In this document: positions 60,736-64,000 of the stretch, one piece after another
Position numbering within the stretch: the first letter of the stretch is position 1
Layout: each line of letters begins with the position of its first letter
DNA from: an uncultured Acidobacteriota bacterium
GTDB lineage: Bacteria > Acidobacteriota > Vicinamibacteria > Vicinamibacterales > Fen-181
Assembly (NCBI GenBank): GCA_963741715.1
Contig: CAVUJA010000001.1
Location: 2,056,205 to 2,120,204 of the forward strand
DNA length: 64,000 nt
Direction: 5' to 3'
Position numbers and translations under genes: made by a program
Notes under the pieces: model-generated
Told to the model about the DNA's origin: nothing
Databases searched by the model: none
The model's input: the letters and a program-made list of their open reading frames with translations, nothing else

Positions 60736-63300
60736 TTATCGGATAACGGCGCCGAGAATATCGAGCGCCACCGTCTTCGCCATCGGCCCCACTTCCCCGA
60801 GCGGGCCGACGCACGACGGGCAGCCAGCCTCGCAGGGGCACGTCGCGATCAGGTCGCGGGTCTTCGCGAGCAGCGGGGCGCGCATGGTGAACAACGGCTC
60901 GGAAAGGCCGATGCCGCCAGGGTAGTTGTCGTAGACGAAGATGCGCGGCTCGTCGAAGTCCACCGGCGCCTGGCCCGCCGAGCGTCCCCTGCCCACGCGC
61001 GCCACCGCGCCGACCTCCGGGCCCGCCACCCCCTGCGGGCCGTCGAGCGCGCTGCCGTTGCCGATCGACACGCCGACGTCGTGCCGGTCACACATCAGCA
61101 GCAGCTGCGCGATCTGCCGCATCGCGAACGCAACGCCCACCACGCCGTCGCGCCGATCGTCGCCACCGTAGGGCAGCGCCGTCATCACCCGCCGCGGAAT
61201 CGTGAACCAACAGCCGGTCGTGTGCATCTCCTGCTCGGGCAGGTCCAGCTCGCCCGAGCCGACGTTCTCGTTCGTGTAGAACTTGATCTTCTTGAAGCCG
61301 ACCACGCGCGAGACGACGTGCACTTCACCGTGGGACCAGGCGGCAGACAGGCTGGAAGCCTGTCCTACCGCGTCGGGCGCGGCGCCCTGCGCCGGCGGCT
61401 CCGGCCCGCTACCCGCCTCGGGCCCTGCCGTGTCGAACGTGTCGAGGATCGTGACGCGGTCGTACCGGATGGCGTCGGTGTAGTAGTCGCACTCCACCTG
61501 GCGGACGTACGCCTTGCGGTTGTCGAAGTCCAGCCGCTCCACCTGGTAGAGCGTGCCTTCCACGATGTAGATCGCCTTCTCGTGCAGCGTGGAGGGCGCG
61601 CTGGTGAAGTCGGTCTCGCCAATCACCCGCGCGTGGTCGGTGTTGTCCACGATGACGAAGTTGTCGGACGAGACCGATCGCAGGCTGATCGCGTCGGCGG
61701 GGTACGACTCGTTGGTCCAGTGCCAGTGCGCCTCCTCGCCGGGCGCCTGGCCCTCGGCCAGGTGCACGAGCCCCTCCTCCGCGAGGATCCGCAGGATGTC
61801 CTGCACGTTCTCGCACCCGAAGACCTCGGTGGTCCCGAAGGGCAGCTCGAAGGCGGCGCACTTGATGTGCGCCAGGAGGATCTGCAGGTTGTCGGGGTTG
61901 ATCAGCGCGTGCTCGGGCGACGCGTCGAAGAAGTACGACGGGTTGCGCACGACGTACTGGTCGAGCGGCGCGCTGCTGGCCACGAGAACCGCCGCCGACT
62001 GCCCGGCGCGCCGGCCCGCGCGGCCCGCCCGCTGCCACGTCGCGGCAATCGTGCCCGGGTAGCCCGCCAGCACCGCCACGTCGAGCGCGCCGATGTCGAT
62101 GCCCAGCTCGAGCGCGCTCGTCGCCACGACCGCGCGCACGTCGCCGTCGCGCAGCCCCTTCTCGATCTCGCGCCGCCGGTTCGGCAGGTAGCCCCCTCGG
62201 TAGCCCCGCACCACGTCGTCCGCGCCCGGCGGCCCCGACACGCTGTCTTTCAGGTACCGCGTGAGGATCTCGGTGACCAGCCGGCTCTGGGCGAACACGA
62301 TGATCTGCAGGCCGCGGCGCAGGAACTCGAGCGAGACGCGGCGCGTTTCCTGGGTGTACGAGCGGCGGATCCCGAGCTGGCGGTTGACGACGGGCGGGTT
62401 GACGAAGAAGAAGAACTTCTCCCCGCGCGGCGCGCCGCTCTCGTCCACCAGCTCGAACGGGCGCTCGGTCAGGCGCTCGGCCAGCTGGCGCGGGTTGGCG
62501 ATGGTCGCCGACGAGCAGATGAACACGGGGTCCGACCCGTAGTGGCGGCACACGCGGCCGAGCCGGCGCAGCACGTTGGCGAGGTGGCTGCCGAAGACGC
62601 CGCGGTAGGCGTGGAGCTCGTCGATGACGATGAACCTGAGGTTCTCGAACAGCCGCGCCCACTTCGGGTGGTGGGGCAGGATCCCGGAGTGCAGCATGTC
62701 CGGGTTGGTCAGGATGACCTGCGCGCGGGCGCGAATCGCGCGCCGGGCGTCCTGGGGCGTGTCGCCGTCGTAGGTGAAGACGCCGAGGTCGAGCCCCGCG
62801 GATTCGTCGATCACCCGGGCGAGGCGATCCAGTTCGGCGAGCTGATCCTGGGCCAGCGCCTTCGTGGGAAACAGGTAGAGGGCGCGCGTCGACGGGTCCG
62901 AGAGAATCGCGTTCAGGACCGGGACGTTGTAGCACAGCGTCTTGCCCGACGCCGTCGGCGTCGTCACGACGACGTTCTCGCCGCGCATCGCGCAAGCCGC
63001 GGCCGCGGCCTGGTGGGTGAAGAGCCGCTGGATGCCGCGGGATTCCAGCGCCTCGACCAGGCGCGGGTCGAGCCCCTCGGGCATCGGGGCAAACTGCGCC
63101 TCGGAGGGCGGCATCCGCCGCACCGCCGTCACCACCTCGTCCGGAGAATCGGCGTAGTCCTGGTGCCACGAGGGCACCAGGTGGTGCATGGCGGCCTGGA
63201 GGGCCTGTTCGCGCGACGGCCCCCCGGCCATCGAGCGGAGGGCGAGCAGGTCGCTCTGCGCCGCCTGCTGCTCGTCGTCACGGCGGGTGGATCGGGCCAT
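60736..63300 (-). CDS. YprA/MrfA-like DEAD/DEAH-box helicase with a C-terminal DUF1998 (4-Cys zinc) domain
   Basis: PTASGKT (motif I), VIDELH (motif II), SATI and QRAGRAGRR (motif VI) are present. The C-terminus reads CPCEAGCPSCVGP. Confidence 0.8.
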   Translation of the reverse strand: MARSTRRDDEQQAAQSDLLALRSMAGGPSREQALQAAMHHLVPSWHQDYADSPDEVVTAVRRMPPSEAQFAPMPEGLDPRLVEALESRGIQRLFTHQAAAAACAMRGENVVVTTPTASGKTLCYNVPVLNAILSDPSTRALYLFPTKALAQDQLAELDRLARVIDESAGLDLGVFTYDGDTPQDARRAIRARAQVILTNPDMLHSGILPHHPKWARLFENLRFIVIDELHAYRGVFGSHLANVLRRLGRVCRHYGSDPVFICSSATIANPRQLAERLTERPFELVDESGAPRGEKFFFFVNPPVVNRQLGIRRSYTQETRRVSLEFLRRGLQIIVFAQSRLVTEILTRYLKDSVSGPPGADDVVRGYRGGYLPNRRREIEKGLRDGDVRAVVATSALELGIDIGALDVAVLAGYPGTIAATWQRAGRAGRRAGQSAAVLVASSAPLDQYVVRNPSYFFDASPEHALINPDNLQILLAHIKCAAFELPFGTTEVFGCENVQDILRILAEEGLVHLAEGQAPGEEAHWHWTNESYPADAISLRSVSSDNFVIVDNTDHARVIGETDFTSAPSTLHEKAIYIVEGTLYQVERLDFDNRKAYVRQVECDYYTDAIRYDRVTILDTFDTAGPEAGSGPEPPAQGAAPDAVGQASSLSAAWSHGEVHVVSRVVGFKKIKFYTNENVGSGELDLPEQEMHTTGCWFTIPRRVMTALPYGGDDRRDGVVGVAFAMRQIAQLLLMCDRHDVGVSIGNGSALDGPQGVAGPEVGAVARVGRGRSAGQAPVDFDEPRIFVYDNYPGGIGLSEPLFTMRAPLLAKTRDLIATCPCEAGCPSCVGPLGEVGPMAKTVALDILGAVIR

Positions 63301-63339
63301 GGTGGAGGATGGTACCAGCCGGCCGTGGGTCGATCAAGT

Positions 63340-63370
63340 GGCGAAAGGCGAATAAATGGCGGAAGGCGGG
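63340..63370. repeat. short degenerate heptamer array (GGCGAAA/GGCGAAT/GGCGGAA)
   Basis: The sequence reads gtggcgaaaggcgaataaatggcggaaggcggg. Confidence 0.45.
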
Positions 63371-63396
63371 ACTACAGCTGGTGCCGCACACCGTCT

Positions 63397-64000
63397 TCAA
63401 GGCACCAGCACAGTCGGCGTCATGCCCGTCCTCCGCGCGTACGTCGCGGCAACGCGGCGCGCCACGTCGGCCGCCGCCCCCGGCCGCGCGAGCATCACGA
63501 CCGAGCCTCCGAAGCCCCCGCCGGTGAGCCGGGCGCCGTAGACGTCCGGCATCGCGCGGGCGAGGTCCACGATCACATCGATCTCGGGGATGGACACCTC
63601 GTAGTCGTCGCGCATCGAATCGTGCGAGGCGTAGAACAGCTGGCCGAGCGCGTCGAGGTCGCCGTCGCCGAGCGCCCGCACCGCCGCCAGCACGCGCGCG
63701 TCCTCGGTCACGACGTGCCGCGCGCGCCGTCCGAGGGGGTCGGGCAGGTCCGCGACCCTCGGCAGGTCCTGGAGGTCGAGGTCCCGGAGCTGCGCGACGC
63801 CGAGCCGACGCGCCGCCTCCTCGCACTCTGCGCGCCGCGTCCGGTAGTCGCCTCGCGCATGGTTGTGGGCGACGCCGGAATTGAGGACGACCAGTTCCGC
63901 GGCGTCCGGCAGGGGGATCACCGTCCAGTCGAGCGATCGCGTGTCGAGGAACAGCGCCTGCCGGTCGCCGGCCAGCGTGCACGCCATCTGGTCCATCACG
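63397..64000 (-). CDS. galK: galactokinase, C-terminal part (5' end outside the window)
   Basis: GHMP-kinase motif 3 (GARLTGGGFGGSVVML) and Y..RR.ECEEAARRLGV are present. The frame is open to the window edge. Confidence 0.8.
   Translation of the reverse strand, partial: VMDQMACTLAGDRQALFLDTRSLDWTVIPLPDAAELVVLNSGVAHNHARGDYRTRRAECEEAARRLGVAQLRDLDLQDLPRVADLPDPLGRRARHVVTEDARVLAAVRALGDGDLDALGQLFYASHDSMRDDYEVSIPEIDVIVDLARAMPDVYGARLTGGGFGGSVVMLARPGAAADVARRVAATYARRTGMTPTVLVP

Overview
Visibly GC-rich bacterial chromosomal segment, densely packed with mostly housekeeping genes on both strands. I see no transposase, integrase, phage gene, rRNA or CRISPR array. Gene content suggests a soil-type high-GC Gram-negative such as an Acidobacteriota-like organism, but the sequence alone cannot prove this.

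Gene order:
- lhr (5' truncated) and nei
- hom and metY
- azurin-like cupredoxin and proline dehydrogenase
- cysK and cysE
- two pseudouridine synthases
- amidohydrolase and a HEAT-repeat protein
- lysR divergent from leuA-leuB-leuC-leuD
- rsgA and rmuC
- ChaN/PDZ protein, HD hydrolase and a beta-barrel porin
- ybgA and a class II photolyase
- galM and fkpA
- copper module: multicopper oxidase, a CusB-like adaptor with three YHS domains, and a PilZ protein
- aminotransferase, pepT, SSS symporter and OPT transporter
- cusB and cusA
- tRNA-Leu, tig, clpP, clpX, lon and engB
- aldo/keto reductase and rpmE
- mrfA/mrfB-like helicase and exonuclease pair
- galK (truncated)

Signals worth a second look:
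1. Almost every intergenic gap longer than about 40 bp holds a tandem array with a strict 7-bp period. A handful of related heptamer families recur at distant loci. Several loci carry opposed arrays that could fold into long hairpins.
2. Two tandem leader-peptide plus intrinsic-terminator units lie upstream of hom-metY. The first peptide is Met-rich and the second is Thr/Met-rich.
3. A roughly 175-bp highly structured element occurs twice, in the same orientation immediately 5' of cysK and of a porin gene.
4. Six conserved genes (leuC, ChaN-like, galM, multicopper oxidase, cusA, tig) carry single-nucleotide frameshifts, four of them in a CTCG context. In addition, cusB has an in-frame TGA exactly at a conserved metal-ligand Cys of its YHS motif.
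5. Two mitomycin-type DNA-repair modules are present: lhr-nei and an mrfAB-like pair.
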